Of a stretch of DNA of 64,000 nt, positions 10,368 to 20,697 are shown piece by piece (the stretch's first letter is position 1; each line of letters begins with the position of its first letter). The position numbers and the translations under genes were made by a program. The stretch is from an uncultured Planctomycetia bacterium (GTDB lineage Bacteria; Omnitrophota; Gorgyraeia; Duberdicusellales; 4484-171). The stretch is taken from positions 189 to 64,188 of the forward strand of contig CAZAYU010000004.1 of the NCBI GenBank assembly GCA_964489445.1, read 5' to 3'. The notes beneath the pieces were generated by a model that saw nothing but the letters and a program-made list of their open reading frames with translations, was not told where the DNA came from and searched no databases.

Positions 10368-10931
10368 TTATTTAATAAAATTTCTTAATATATTTTTTCC
10401 TTCAATAGTTAGAATCGACTCCGGATGAAACTGAACCCCAAATAAAGGATACTTATCCATTTTAATTCCCATTATTATACCATCCCGAGTCCAGGCAGTA
10501 ACTGTTAAATTCTTCGGCAAACTTTTTTTATCAATAATGAGAGAATGATACCTTGTCGCAATAAATGGACTCTTGATTTTATTGAAAATATCTTTTCCAT
10601 TATGATAAATAGAGGAAGTTTTGCCGTGCATTATTATACCGGACTTCTTAATAGATCCTCCGAAATAGTATCCAATACATTGATGTCCTAAGCAAACTCC
10701 CAAAATTGGTACTTTTTTATAAAACTCTCCAATTAAATCACAGCTGATTCCAGCATCTTCCGGGCGACCAGGGCCAGGAGAAATAACTATTCTGTCAGCT
10801 TTAAGTTTTTTAGCTTTACTTAAATTAAGCTTATCGTTTCGGTACACGACAGTATCAGCACCTAATTCCTGCAGATATTGAACCAGGTTATACGTAAACG
10901 AATCGTAGTTATCAATAACTAGTACTTTCAT
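10368..10931 (-). CDS. trpG: Anthranilate synthase component II / glutamine amidotransferase (TrpG/PabA type)
   Basis: Class-I GATase catalytic triad context (GVCLGHQ...HPES). 187 aa. No trpE is adjacent. Confidence 0.8.
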   Translation of the reverse strand: MKVLVIDNYDSFTYNLVQYLQELGADTVVYRNDKLNLSKAKKLKADRIVISPGPGRPEDAGISCDLIGEFYKKVPILGVCLGHQCIGYYFGGSIKKSGIIMHGKTSSIYHNGKDIFNKIKSPFIATRYHSLIIDKKSLPKNLTVTAWTRDGIIMGIKMDKYPLFGVQFHPESILTIEGKNILRNFIK

Positions 10932-10957
10932 GTTCCTCTGGCTAAGCTTATCCTGCT

Positions 10958-12220
10958 TTACCCCTTGATCCTTTTTATTTCCGCGCCTAATAGTCTTAAC
11001 TTATATTCTATTTTCTCATATCCTCTGTCAATATGGTACACCCTTCGAATTTCACTTTTCTGCTCAGCAGCTAATCCAGCGATCACCAAAGCTGCCGAAG
11101 CTCTTAAATCCGATGCCATAATCTCTGCACCATGGAGTTTTTTCTTACCTTCAATTATAGCATAAGGACCACTTCTTTGGATAGAGGCACCCATCCTGTT
11201 TAATTCCGGCACATGCATGAACCTGTCTGGATAAACTTTTTCAGCAATTATCGATATACCATCTGCTAAACAAAGACAAGCTAAAAACTGCGCCTGTAAG
11301 TCAGTAGGAAATCCGGGATAAGCCAGTGTAGTTATATTCACCGGTTTCAATTTATTTCTCGGTTTTACAGTTATTGTCGAATTCTTATCAATTTTAATAT
11401 CAGCACCAATGGCCCTCGCAGTTTCAATTACCGAAGTTAAGTGAAGAAAATTGGCATTTTCTATTGTTAAGTTTGACCGGGTAGCTAAGCTGGCAGCAAT
11501 AAAAGTTCCCGCTTCAATTCGGTCAGAAATAATTGTAAAATTACACCCTTTAAGCTCTTTTACTCCAGAAACCTTAATTAAGGGAGTTCCGGCACCGTTT
11601 ATTATTGCTCCCATCTTCTTCAGAAAATTTGCCAAGCATATTATTTCCGGTTCACAAGCTGCATGCTCAATAAGAGTTTCACCCTCTGCTAACACACACG
11701 CCATTAAGATGTTAGCTGTGGCAAGCACTGAAGATCCAAAAACTCCTCCTAAATAAATATGACTGCCCTTTAATTTTTTAGCTTTTGCCCAGCAATAACC
11801 TTTCTCCACATAGACATCCGCCCCTAGGCATTTTAGTCCCTTGATATGTAAATCTACCGGCCTTGATCCAATAATGCATCCTCCGGGTAAAGCCACTTTA
11901 GCTTTTTTCCTTTTAGCTAAAAGAGGCCCTAAACAACAGAAAGACGCACGCATCGTTCTTACTAGCTTATACGGAGCAACAAAACTTTTATCCTTTTTGT
12001 TATTTATCCTTAAAGTATTATTTTCAAATTTGACCTCTTTGCCTAAACATTCAAGAATGCCAATCATCGTGCGAATATCACTCAAATTCGGAACATTAGA
12101 AATCAGACAAGGCTGGTTAGTTAATATTGACGCTGCCATAATTGGAAGAGCAGCATTTTTTGCTCCACCTATTTTAACAACTCCCGACAGCTTTGATTTA
12201 CAAACAATAAACTTATCCAT
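10958..12220 (-). CDS. murA: UDP-N-acetylglucosamine 1-carboxyvinyltransferase
   Basis: GGAKNAALPIMAASIL N-terminal motif. 420 aa EPT fold. Confidence 0.9.
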   Translation of the reverse strand: MDKFIVCKSKLSGVVKIGGAKNAALPIMAASILTNQPCLISNVPNLSDIRTMIGILECLGKEVKFENNTLRINNKKDKSFVAPYKLVRTMRASFCCLGPLLAKRKKAKVALPGGCIIGSRPVDLHIKGLKCLGADVYVEKGYCWAKAKKLKGSHIYLGGVFGSSVLATANILMACVLAEGETLIEHAACEPEIICLANFLKKMGAIINGAGTPLIKVSGVKELKGCNFTIISDRIEAGTFIAASLATRSNLTIENANFLHLTSVIETARAIGADIKIDKNSTITVKPRNKLKPVNITTLAYPGFPTDLQAQFLACLCLADGISIIAEKVYPDRFMHVPELNRMGASIQRSGPYAIIEGKKKLHGAEIMASDLRASAALVIAGLAAEQKSEIRRVYHIDRGYEKIEYKLRLLGAEIKRIKG

Positions 12221-12262
12221 TTATATTTAGTATTAGGTGCTACTTATATCATAATTACGATA

Positions 12263-13075
12263 CTACATATTCTTCTGCAAAACTACTCCTCTCCAATGAC
12301 CAGAATAATCTTTAATCCACTCTATAACTTTGTAAGTTTTTAGCTTCTGGATTAATTTTGATACCGGCCTTTTATGCTGATAGCCAATTTCCATAACTAA
12401 ATAGCTTTTGCTTTTTAAACATTTACAAGCAGATCTTAATATTCTTTCAATGAAGAGCATCCCGTCTCTTCCGGCTTCCAAAGCCTGCTTCGGCTCAAAA
12501 TTCAAAGTACCTTTTACATTATCAGTTTCTACATACGGAGGATTAGAAATTATCAAATCAAACTTTTCTTTACCAAACGCAGACAATAAATCTGAGTTAA
12601 CTAAGCATAGCGAAGAGCTGTGTTTCTCAGCGTTAGTTTTTGCTACTTTCAATGCCTCCATGTTTAAATCGGAAGCAAAAACAGTTACTGGCCCAAGGGA
12701 TTGCTTCTTAATAGTAATGGCAATGTTCCCACAGCCTGAGCATAAGTCTAAAACAGATTTTAAACGATGACTATTTATAATTTCGATAGCTCTTTCAGTA
12801 ATCAACTCTGTTTCTTTACGGGGAATCAACACTCTTTCGTCCACCATAAATTCACGGCCGAAGAAAGCTTCTTTTCCTAATATATAAGCAGTAGGAACAC
12901 CTTGGCTGTATAGTGTTTTTACTTTTTCTAAATGTTTTAGATTATCTTTACTTAAATAGCTGTCTTCTTCTAAAACCAAAGGAAGACCCCGAGTGAATAA
13001 ACATTTAATTATAAAACTTAAATCACAAATACGAAAGCTGGCTTGATTAGTTCTAAGCCAATCCTTTAGCTTCAT
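12263..13075 (-). CDS. prmC: Release-factor glutamine methyltransferase
   Basis: NPPY motif and SAM-binding DLCSGCG. Overlaps prfA by 23 nt as usual. Confidence 0.85.
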   Translation of the reverse strand: MKLKDWLRTNQASFRICDLSFIIKCLFTRGLPLVLEEDSYLSKDNLKHLEKVKTLYSQGVPTAYILGKEAFFGREFMVDERVLIPRKETELITERAIEIINSHRLKSVLDLCSGCGNIAITIKKQSLGPVTVFASDLNMEALKVAKTNAEKHSSSLCLVNSDLLSAFGKEKFDLIISNPPYVETDNVKGTLNFEPKQALEAGRDGMLFIERILRSACKCLKSKSYLVMEIGYQHKRPVSKLIQKLKTYKVIEWIKDYSGHWRGVVLQKNM

Positions 13076-14123
13076 ACATCTTCTGCCTTTCTGCTTTAAT
13101 TAACTCCTTAACTATCTCTCCTAAATCTCCCTCGAGTATTGCTTCCAAACGATAAACAGTAAAATTTATCCGATGCTCAGTGACCCGCCTTTCTGGAAAA
13201 TTATACGTTCTGATCTTTTCGCTGCGATCTCCGGTTCCCACCTGTGTTCTCCGGGTTTGAGTAAGCTTATTTGTTTCATCCCGCATCCTTTTTTCCATAA
13301 TTTTTGCTTTTAAGACTCGTAAAGCTTTAGCCCGATTTTTAATTTGTGAGCGCTCATCCTGGCAGCTTACCACAGTACTAGTCGGTAAATGAGTAATACG
13401 AACTGCTGAATCAGTAACATTAACATGCTGACCGCCAGCACCAGAGGAACGAAACGTATCAATTCTTAAATCATCCGGATTTATTTTTAGATCAATTTCT
13501 TTCGGTTCAATTAACACAGCCACCGTAGATGTCGAAGTGTGTACTCTGCCGCCAGATTCAGTAGTCGGAACTCTCTGGACTCGATGTACGCCACTTTCAA
13601 ACTTTAAGTGAGAATAAGCACCTTCGCCTTTTACCGAAAACACTACTTCCTTAAAACCGCCGATTTCTGTAGTGCTTGAACTTAAAACCTCTAACTTCCA
13701 GCCATTTAATTCCGCATATTTTGCATACATTTTAAACAAAGAAGCGGAAAAGAGAGCAGACTCTTCCCCTCCGGCTGCTGAGCGTATTTCGATTATTATA
13801 TCTCTCTGAGGTTCATTCCCCTCAAAAATTTTATCTTCTATTTCCTCTTTTATCGATAAAATTCCTTTTTCAATTTTCTCCAGCTCTTCCTGTGCTAAAA
13901 GTTTAATTTCCGAATCTTCTTGGGAGTCGCTGATAACTTGAGAAAGATTTTCTTTCTCTTTTAGATATCCATCTTGAACCTCTGCTAATTTAAGTATCTT
14001 TTCCAAGTAAGATAGCCTTCTTGTTAGCTGCGTATATTTTTCCCGGTCTTGTACAACTTCTTTAGAAGAAACTTGGCCGCACAAGCTACTATATTCGTCT
14101 TTTAGCTTTTGGAAGTTAATCAT
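13053..14123 (-). CDS. prfA: Peptide chain release factor 1
   Basis: GGQ motif (SGAGGQHVN) and a PTT tripeptide at the RF1 PxT position. Followed by prmC. Confidence 0.9.
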   Translation of the reverse strand: MINFQKLKDEYSSLCGQVSSKEVVQDREKYTQLTRRLSYLEKILKLAEVQDGYLKEKENLSQVISDSQEDSEIKLLAQEELEKIEKGILSIKEEIEDKIFEGNEPQRDIIIEIRSAAGGEESALFSASLFKMYAKYAELNGWKLEVLSSSTTEIGGFKEVVFSVKGEGAYSHLKFESGVHRVQRVPTTESGGRVHTSTSTVAVLIEPKEIDLKINPDDLRIDTFRSSGAGGQHVNVTDSAVRITHLPTSTVVSCQDERSQIKNRAKALRVLKAKIMEKRMRDETNKLTQTRRTQVGTGDRSEKIRTYNFPERRVTEHRINFTVYRLEAILEGDLGEIVKELIKAERQKMYEAKGLA

Positions 14124-14144
14124 TTTTTTGTTACCACCGTTGTA

Positions 14145-14357
14145 TTAAACTTTTTCTTGCTTGTTACCGTATTTCTTTAAGAATTTATCAACTCTTCCTT
14201 CAGAGTCAACAAACTTTTGTTTCCCGGTAAAAAAAGGATGACAATTGGAACAAATCTCTACATTAATCGTTTTTTTAGTAGAGCGGGTATGCACCACATT
14301 GCCGCAAGCACACATAATTGTCGCAAACTCATATTTTGGATGACCTGTCTTTTTCAT
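14145..14357 (-). CDS. rpmE: 50S ribosomal protein L31
   Basis: 70 aa with CxxC...CxxCH zinc ribbon (CACG...[10 protein letters not shown]). Confidence 0.9.
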   Translation of the reverse strand: MKKTGHPKYEFATIMCACGNVVHTRSTKKTINVEICSNCHPFFTGKQKFVDSEGRVDKFLKKYGNKQEKV

Positions 14358-14473
14358 TTATTTTACCTCCTTTATCTCGACTCCTATTCTCAAAAACCAC
14401 CTATTTTTCTTTTCTTTACTTTTTTTCTTAACCTTACCCTTAACCTCAACCTTCATTTTTACTTACCCTATTT

Positions 14474-15781
14474 TTAAATCTGCTTATTAAGCGTAAGCAA
14501 AAACTCAACATTGTTCTTAGTTTTTGATAATTTTTCAATCAGTAATTCTAAAGCTTCCGCAGAGCTTAACTCGTTTAACGCCTTTCTTAAAGCCCATATT
14601 CTTTTAAGTTCATCAGGATGAATAAGCAATTCTTCTCTCCGTGTATTTGAGCGCTTTATATCTATAGAAGGATATATTCTTCTCTGAAATATACTTCTGT
14701 CAAGAGTAATTTCCATGTTTCCAGTTCCTTTGAACTCTTCAAATATTACATCATCCATTCGAGAACCAGTATCTACCAAGGAGGTAGCAATTATCGTTAA
14801 AGAACCGCCTTCTTCTAATGCCCTAGCTGAACCAAAAAACCGCTTAGGCTTATGTAGCGCGTTAGAATCTATTCCTCCGGAAAGGATTCTTCCCGAATGA
14901 GGCTCAACAAGATTATACGCTCTAGCTAAACGAGTAATACTATCAAGAAGAATCACTACATCTTTCTTGTGCTCTACTAACCGTTTTGCCTTATCAATAA
15001 CCATTTCTGCCACCTGAATGTGCCTTTGGGCTGGTTCGTCAAAGGTAGAGCTAGTTACCTCACCCTTTACCGTATTCCTCATTTCAGTGACTTCTTCCGG
15101 GCGCTCATCAATAAGCAGAACCATCAAAATAACTTCCGGATAGTTTGTCATAATAGAGTTAGCTATTCGTTGCAAAAGAACTGTTTTCCCGCTGTAAGGA
15201 GGAGCAACTATCAGGCTCCTCTGCCCCTTGCCAATCGGAGAAAGAAGGTCTAGAATTCGCGCGGATAACTCATCGGGTTCAGATTCCAGGATAAACCTTT
15301 CCTTGGGATAAATAGGTGTTAGATTATCAAATAACACTCGATTTCTAGATTCTTCCGGATTTTCAAAATTAGCTGCTTCTACTTTAAGCAACGCAAAATA
15401 TTTCTCATTATCTTTTGGTGGCCTTATTTGGCCGCTAACAGTATCTCCGGTACGTAGAGAAAACTTTCTGATTTGAGAAGGAGAAACATAGATATCATCC
15501 GGAGAAGGTAAATAATTATAATTTATCGATCGCAGAAAACCAAAACCTTCCGGAAGCACTTCCAAAACTCCTTCTCCAAACATCAACCCTTTCTTTTCTG
15601 CTTGCGCCTGAAGAATCTTGAAAATAAGATCCTGTTTTTTTAATCCACTTACGCCGTTTACTTCTAATTTTTTGGATATTTTATTCAGCTCGGATACTTT
15701 CATCGCCTTTAGGGTGGCGATATTAATTTTTACATCAATATCTGAATGTTTGTCATCCACCTTTACGTTATTTTTTTCCAC
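14474..15781 (-). CDS. rho: Transcription termination factor Rho
   Basis: N-terminal OB/RNA-binding region followed by a RecA-type ATPase with Walker A (GKT) and Rho Q/R-loops. 435 aa. Confidence 0.95.
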   Translation of the reverse strand: MEKNNVKVDDKHSDIDVKINIATLKAMKVSELNKISKKLEVNGVSGLKKQDLIFKILQAQAEKKGLMFGEGVLEVLPEGFGFLRSINYNYLPSPDDIYVSPSQIRKFSLRTGDTVSGQIRPPKDNEKYFALLKVEAANFENPEESRNRVLFDNLTPIYPKERFILESEPDELSARILDLLSPIGKGQRSLIVAPPYSGKTVLLQRIANSIMTNYPEVILMVLLIDERPEEVTEMRNTVKGEVTSSTFDEPAQRHIQVAEMVIDKAKRLVEHKKDVVILLDSITRLARAYNLVEPHSGRILSGGIDSNALHKPKRFFGSARALEEGGSLTIIATSLVDTGSRMDDVIFEEFKGTGNMEITLDRSIFQRRIYPSIDIKRSNTRREELLIHPDELKRIWALRKALNELSSAEALELLIEKLSKTKNNVEFLLTLNKQI

Positions 15782-16347
15782 AATAAATCAACCTCCTTTT
15801 TCAGATTCCTTAAATCTGACTTATTATTAATGACAAAATCTGCTTTTTTTGTTTTCTCTTTAGCCGGCATGTATAAAGAAAGCCGACTTTTAGCTTTCGT
15901 TTCGGAAAAATTATATTTTTTAATAATCCTTTGGATTAAAACCTGCCGCTTAGTATTCACTAAAATTACCTTTCCAAAATAACAAGACAAGTTCTTTTCA
16001 AACAATAACGGAACTTCAGCAATACGCATTGCTTTATCTTTATCTATTTTGTAAACCCATTTAATAAGATCTTCAATGATTACCGGATGAACAATATTCT
16101 CGATCTTTCTCAAATGTGCTTTTTTGGTAAATACTATTTCTGATAATCGTTTCCGACAAATACATTTATTCACTAATGACCCCGGAAAAGCTTTCGCTGT
16201 CTGTTTATATATTAGGCTTCGTTTATCCTTATAATGTTGATGAATTTTTTGATCAGTATTAAAAATTGCCGCACCTTTTTTTTCTAACAATTTCAGCACT
16301 GTTGTTTTACCGCTGGATAAATTTCCGGTTAATCCAAAAACAATCAT
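15763..16347 (-). CDS. coaE: Dephospho-CoA kinase
   Basis: [18 protein letters not shown]-loop N-terminus. Overlaps the rho start and the glgA end. Confidence 0.85.
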   Translation of the reverse strand: MIVFGLTGNLSSGKTTVLKLLEKKGAAIFNTDQKIHQHYKDKRSLIYKQTAKAFPGSLVNKCICRKRLSEIVFTKKAHLRKIENIVHPVIIEDLIKWVYKIDKDKAMRIAEVPLLFEKNLSCYFGKVILVNTKRQVLIQRIIKKYNFSETKAKSRLSLYMPAKEKTKKADFVINNKSDLRNLKKEVDLLWKKIT

Positions 16348-17726
16348 TTCTTTTTACCCAATTTTTTATACACATTAATATATTCTTGTGCAGTTTTATC
16401 CCAAGAAAAATCATAACGACTAATTTTTTTTAAAATACTATTCCATTTGTCTTTACGATTAAATACTCTTTCTGCTCTTTTTACCGCCGACAAGAAACAG
16501 GTATGAGTATACTTTTTAAACACAACCCCGCCGCCACCTTGAGAAATATCCTTAACAGTATCGATTAAGCCTCCAGTATGATAAACAATAGGAACTGTTG
16601 CATATTTATAGCTGATTAACTGTGAAAGCCCACAAGGCTCAAAACGAGAAGGCATTAAAAAACAATCACCTGCAGCATATATTTTATGCGCTAGTTTCTC
16701 ATCAAATTTCAACTGCACAGAAAAGGAATTTTTAAATTTTTCTTGAATTTTTGCTAAGCTTCGATGATATTTGACATTACCGGTGCCTAAAATAACCACC
16801 TGATGCTTTTGCAGAATAAAATCAAGCACTTCATTCAAAAGATCTAATCCTTTTTGTTCGGCAAGCCGACTAACCATGACGAGTAAAAAAGAATTCTTAT
16901 TAATCTTTAATCCTAGTTCTTTCTGTAGGCGCACCTTGTTAAATGTTTTATTTTTAAGCGTATCTATTGAATACTTGCGATAAATAAGCTTGTCAGTTTT
17001 CGGATTCCAAATGTCGTAGTCAACAGCATTAAGTATCCCTCTGATGCCTGTACTTTTACTCTTTAATACTTTATTTAAGCCGCATCCATGCTCAGAACTC
17101 TTAATTTGTTTAGCATAGCTTAAACTTACTGTATTAACCATATCCGAGAATACAATTCCACCTTTGAGAACATTTATTTGATCATAAAATTTTAAATATC
17201 GCAGGGAAAAATATTTATTTGGAATTCCCAAACAAAAAAATTTATCTTTACTGAACAACCCTTGATACGCTAAATTATGAATAGTTAATAAAAGCTTGGT
17301 ATTCTGAAAAAATTTATCAGATTTATAAAGAATCTTAAAATAAACACTCACCAAAGAAGAATGCCAATCATTATTATGAATAATATCCGGAATAAAGTTA
17401 ATCTGCTTAAGGATCTCTAACACTCTCCGGCTAAAAAACGAAAACCGTTCTAAATTATCCGGATAATCCTTCGTTTTTGTGCCATAAATAAATTTTCGCT
17501 TAAAATAACTAGAGTTCTTGATAAAAAATATTTCCAAATTACCACGCCTATTTACTCCAAAATATTTATAGTTTTCCTCAGGAACGATATTTTTATAAAG
17601 CGGCATAAAAACTTTAACCACACATCCTGCTTTTGCTAAACTCTTGGGTAAAGCTAACCCTACATCGCCCAAGCCTCCGGTTTTGGCAAAAGGAGAAATC
17701 TCTGAAGAACAAAATACTACATTCAT
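16344..17726 (-). CDS. glgA: Glycogen/starch synthase (GT5, ADP-glucose type)
   Basis: N-terminal SEISPFAKTGGLGDV motif diagnostic of GlgA. 460 aa. Confidence 0.85.
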   Translation of the reverse strand: MNVVFCSSEISPFAKTGGLGDVGLALPKSLAKAGCVVKVFMPLYKNIVPEENYKYFGVNRRGNLEIFFIKNSSYFKRKFIYGTKTKDYPDNLERFSFFSRRVLEILKQINFIPDIIHNNDWHSSLVSVYFKILYKSDKFFQNTKLLLTIHNLAYQGLFSKDKFFCLGIPNKYFSLRYLKFYDQINVLKGGIVFSDMVNTVSLSYAKQIKSSEHGCGLNKVLKSKSTGIRGILNAVDYDIWNPKTDKLIYRKYSIDTLKNKTFNKVRLQKELGLKINKNSFLLVMVSRLAEQKGLDLLNEVLDFILQKHQVVILGTGNVKYHRSLAKIQEKFKNSFSVQLKFDEKLAHKIYAAGDCFLMPSRFEPCGLSQLISYKYATVPIVYHTGGLIDTVKDISQGGGGVVFKKYTHTCFLSAVKRAERVFNRKDKWNSILKKISRYDFSWDKTAQEYINVYKKLGKKK

Positions 17727-17776
17727 TAATTTAGCTTTTACTATTTACTAACTATTATCAGATGAGTCTTTTAATT

Positions 17777-20287
17777 TTATTGTTCAAATAAAACCATTTG
17801 CGACCAATTTTTCCCGGTTTTTAGATTAACCTCCACCGGAACAATTAGTTTAATCGCATTTTCCATATACTGTTTAACAAACTCAGATACCTCTGCTAGC
17901 TCATCGGGATAAACATCAAAGACTAGTTCATCATGTATTTGAATTATTAATTTTGTTTTCAAGGCTCTTTCTTTAATCTTGTCCGCTATTTTTACCATTG
18001 CTATCTTAATAATATCAGCTGAAGAACCTTGGATTGGAGCGTTCACTGCTTGCCGATAAGCAAACTCTCTAAGCTGAAGATTAACATTTTTGATATCCGG
18101 CAGAATTCTTCTCCTTCCCAAGATTGTCTCTACATACCCTTTGCTCTCTGCTTGCTCTTTCATCAGAGATACATAATCCTTAATCCCCGGATAACGCTTG
18201 AAATAATCATCAATAAAACTCTGTGATTGTTGGACTGGGATCTTCAATTCCCGGGAAAGACCATATGCTCCCATCCCATAAACTATCCCAAAATTAACCC
18301 GTTTTGCCGTGTTACGCTGAGAATTGGTAATTTCTTCTTCCTTTGCTCCGAATAACAAGCTTGCCGTGAAACTATGGATATCCCGCTTTTGATTAAAAGC
18401 GTCAATAAGCTTTTCGTCTTTAGACAAATGGGCAAGTATTCTTAGCTCGATTTGAGAATAGTCACCAGCTAAAAAACATCCGCCCACAGAGGAAGGAACA
18501 AAAGCTTCCCGCAAGCGGGAAGAAAGCTCTCCCTTTACCGGAATATTTTGCAAATTAGGAGACGAACTGGAAAGTCTTCCTGTCTGAGCTATAGTTTGAT
18601 GAAAATGAGTGTGCAAGTAACCGTTATGTTTTTTAACTTCTTCAATCAACGGAGAAAGATAGGTTGTTTTAATCTTATTTAGATACCGATACTCTAGAAC
18701 AGATTCAGCAATCGGATATTCCAGAGATAGCTTTTCCAAGACTTCTTCGTTAGTTGAATAACCGGTCTTTGTTTTCTTGATAGGTTTTATTTTTAATTTC
18801 TCAAACAAAATAATGCTTAACTGCTTGGGAGAGTTTAAATTAAAATTTTCGCCAGCCTGCTTGATAACATCATTCTTTACCGAACTTATTCTTTTATCTA
18901 CTTCCGCAAATAACTCATTTAAAATATTAATATTAATTTTTACCCCATCTTTCTGCATTTGGGCCAATACACTAAGAAGCGGCATTTCTACTTTTTCAAA
19001 TAACTCCCACAAACCTTCTTTCTTTAATTCCGAGGATAAATGGCAGTACAGCTCATATATAAAATAGGCCTCATAATGCGCAGGGATATCAACAGTATGA
19101 CGATCCAAAAAATGGGAAACCAAAGAAGAAAGACTGTAGTCGGATAAAGAAGAATCTAACAGATAAGAGGCAATCTTTACGTCAAAAAAAATACCTTGAA
19201 AATTTACAGAATCCGAGCATAAAATTTGCTCTTTTACACTGTAAGATATTTTTTTTATTTTTCCATCCTCTAGTATTGTTTTTGCATTATTAATGCTATC
19301 TTTATACATAATTTCTTTTTGATGATCAAAAATAAATATCTCTTCCCCCCGAATAGTAAAGGATAGACAATCATTAGCTACTTTTTTAAGAGCGCTGCCT
19401 GAGGCGCCATTTACAACTTTAATATCCAAATTTAATTGCGGTGCAGGAACACTTTTGAGAAGATTTTTAAACTCTAGCTCTTTAAACATCTTGTAAAGCT
19501 CTTGATTGTTTTGTTCTTTAATTTTTAAATCCTTCCAGCTTACATCTAAATCACAACAGCATAATGTAACTAATTCTTTGCTCAGCAATATATTTTCCTT
19601 ATCATTGTTCAGCATCTCTTTCGTCCGAGAAGGAATCTTGTCTAGATTATCGAAGATATTGTCTAATGTTCCAAATTCTTTTACAAGTTTAGCTGCCCCC
19701 ACTTTGCCAATCCCTTTAGCTCCCGGAACATTATCTGTTGCGTCACCGGCTAAAGAAAGATAATCTACCATAAACTCCGGAGGAAATCCCCATTCACTGA
19801 TAAAATTATCTCTATTAACCATTTTATCTTTAACGTAGTTATAAACCATGACCTGCTCATTGTCTATTAATTGGTAGAGATCTTTATCGGAGGTGACAAT
19901 AACTACTTTTAATCCGTCAGCTACTGCTTTTTGGCATAAAGAAGCAATAACATCATCAGCTTCAAAATTTCTTTTCTCTATATTTTTTACTCCCAATGCT
20001 TCAATTATTTGTTTAACCGGGGAAAACTGCATTTTTAATCCTTCGGGAAGCGGTGGGCGTTGTATTTTGTACTCCTTGAACTTTTCCTGACGGAACGTCT
20101 TTCGGGAAACATCAAAGCAAACTCCCATATAAGTAACCTTATATTTGGAAATGATTTTGTTCAACGTCTGATGTACTCCATAAACCGCACCCGTAGGCAC
20201 TCCTTCTTTCGTAGAAAGTTTAATTGCAAAGAAAGAACGGTAGCATAAAGAAGTTCCATCAATAAGATATAGTGTTTCTCGCGACAT
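17777..20287 (-). CDS. polA: DNA polymerase I
   Basis: 836 aa with a 5'-nuclease N-domain and C-terminal family-A polymerase motifs (DYSQIELR, QGSSADIIK, HDE). Confidence 0.95.
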   Translation of the reverse strand: MSRETLYLIDGTSLCYRSFFAIKLSTKEGVPTGAVYGVHQTLNKIISKYKVTYMGVCFDVSRKTFRQEKFKEYKIQRPPLPEGLKMQFSPVKQIIEALGVKNIEKRNFEADDVIASLCQKAVADGLKVVIVTSDKDLYQLIDNEQVMVYNYVKDKMVNRDNFISEWGFPPEFMVDYLSLAGDATDNVPGAKGIGKVGAAKLVKEFGTLDNIFDNLDKIPSRTKEMLNNDKENILLSKELVTLCCCDLDVSWKDLKIKEQNNQELYKMFKELEFKNLLKSVPAPQLNLDIKVVNGASGSALKKVANDCLSFTIRGEEIFIFDHQKEIMYKDSINNAKTILEDGKIKKISYSVKEQILCSDSVNFQGIFFDVKIASYLLDSSLSDYSLSSLVSHFLDRHTVDIPAHYEAYFIYELYCHLSSELKKEGLWELFEKVEMPLLSVLAQMQKDGVKININILNELFAEVDKRISSVKNDVIKQAGENFNLNSPKQLSIILFEKLKIKPIKKTKTGYSTNEEVLEKLSLEYPIAESVLEYRYLNKIKTTYLSPLIEEVKKHNGYLHTHFHQTIAQTGRLSSSSPNLQNIPVKGELSSRLREAFVPSSVGGCFLAGDYSQIELRILAHLSKDEKLIDAFNQKRDIHSFTASLLFGAKEEEITNSQRNTAKRVNFGIVYGMGAYGLSRELKIPVQQSQSFIDDYFKRYPGIKDYVSLMKEQAESKGYVETILGRRRILPDIKNVNLQLREFAYRQAVNAPIQGSSADIIKIAMVKIADKIKERALKTKLIIQIHDELVFDVYPDELAEVSEFVKQYMENAIKLIVPVEVNLKTGKNWSQMVLFEQ

Positions 20288-20697
20288 AAAAATACTGGAA
20301 AGCTTTAGAGTTATTTTTTGCTAATTTTTTTCTAACAACATCATTATAGATCCAAGGGGAAAGTGGGCAGTACGGCCTTCATCTTAAATGCTTGAATGAT
20401 TATATTTTTTTAAATTCTGCTTTTTATCTAATTTAACGTTATTTGCTAAATACTGTTTAGTTATAATATTTACAGCTATTTATTAAAGATATTATTTTGA
20501 AGCTTCATACGGGGAATACCCAAGAAAGGATTCTTCAATGGAGAACGATTTAATTAAAAATAACATAAATAGCTCACCCTGTCAAGGTATTTTATGAAAT
20601 ATATACTGTACTCTAGAAAATACAACGCTAAAATTGTCCTGCTTAACTACCCTATCTTCCTATTTTCTGTTTAAAAAGCAAACAAAATTCAAAGAAT

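Noticed and set aside
20340-20400. GC-richer island that superficially resembles an RNase P / SRP RNA conserved core (GGGGAAAGTGGGCAG).
   Set aside because: It does not match the P4 consensus (AGGAAAGTCCGGGCTCC) or the SRP domain IV GGAA tetraloop context. It is kept only as an unexplained spacer (see findings).
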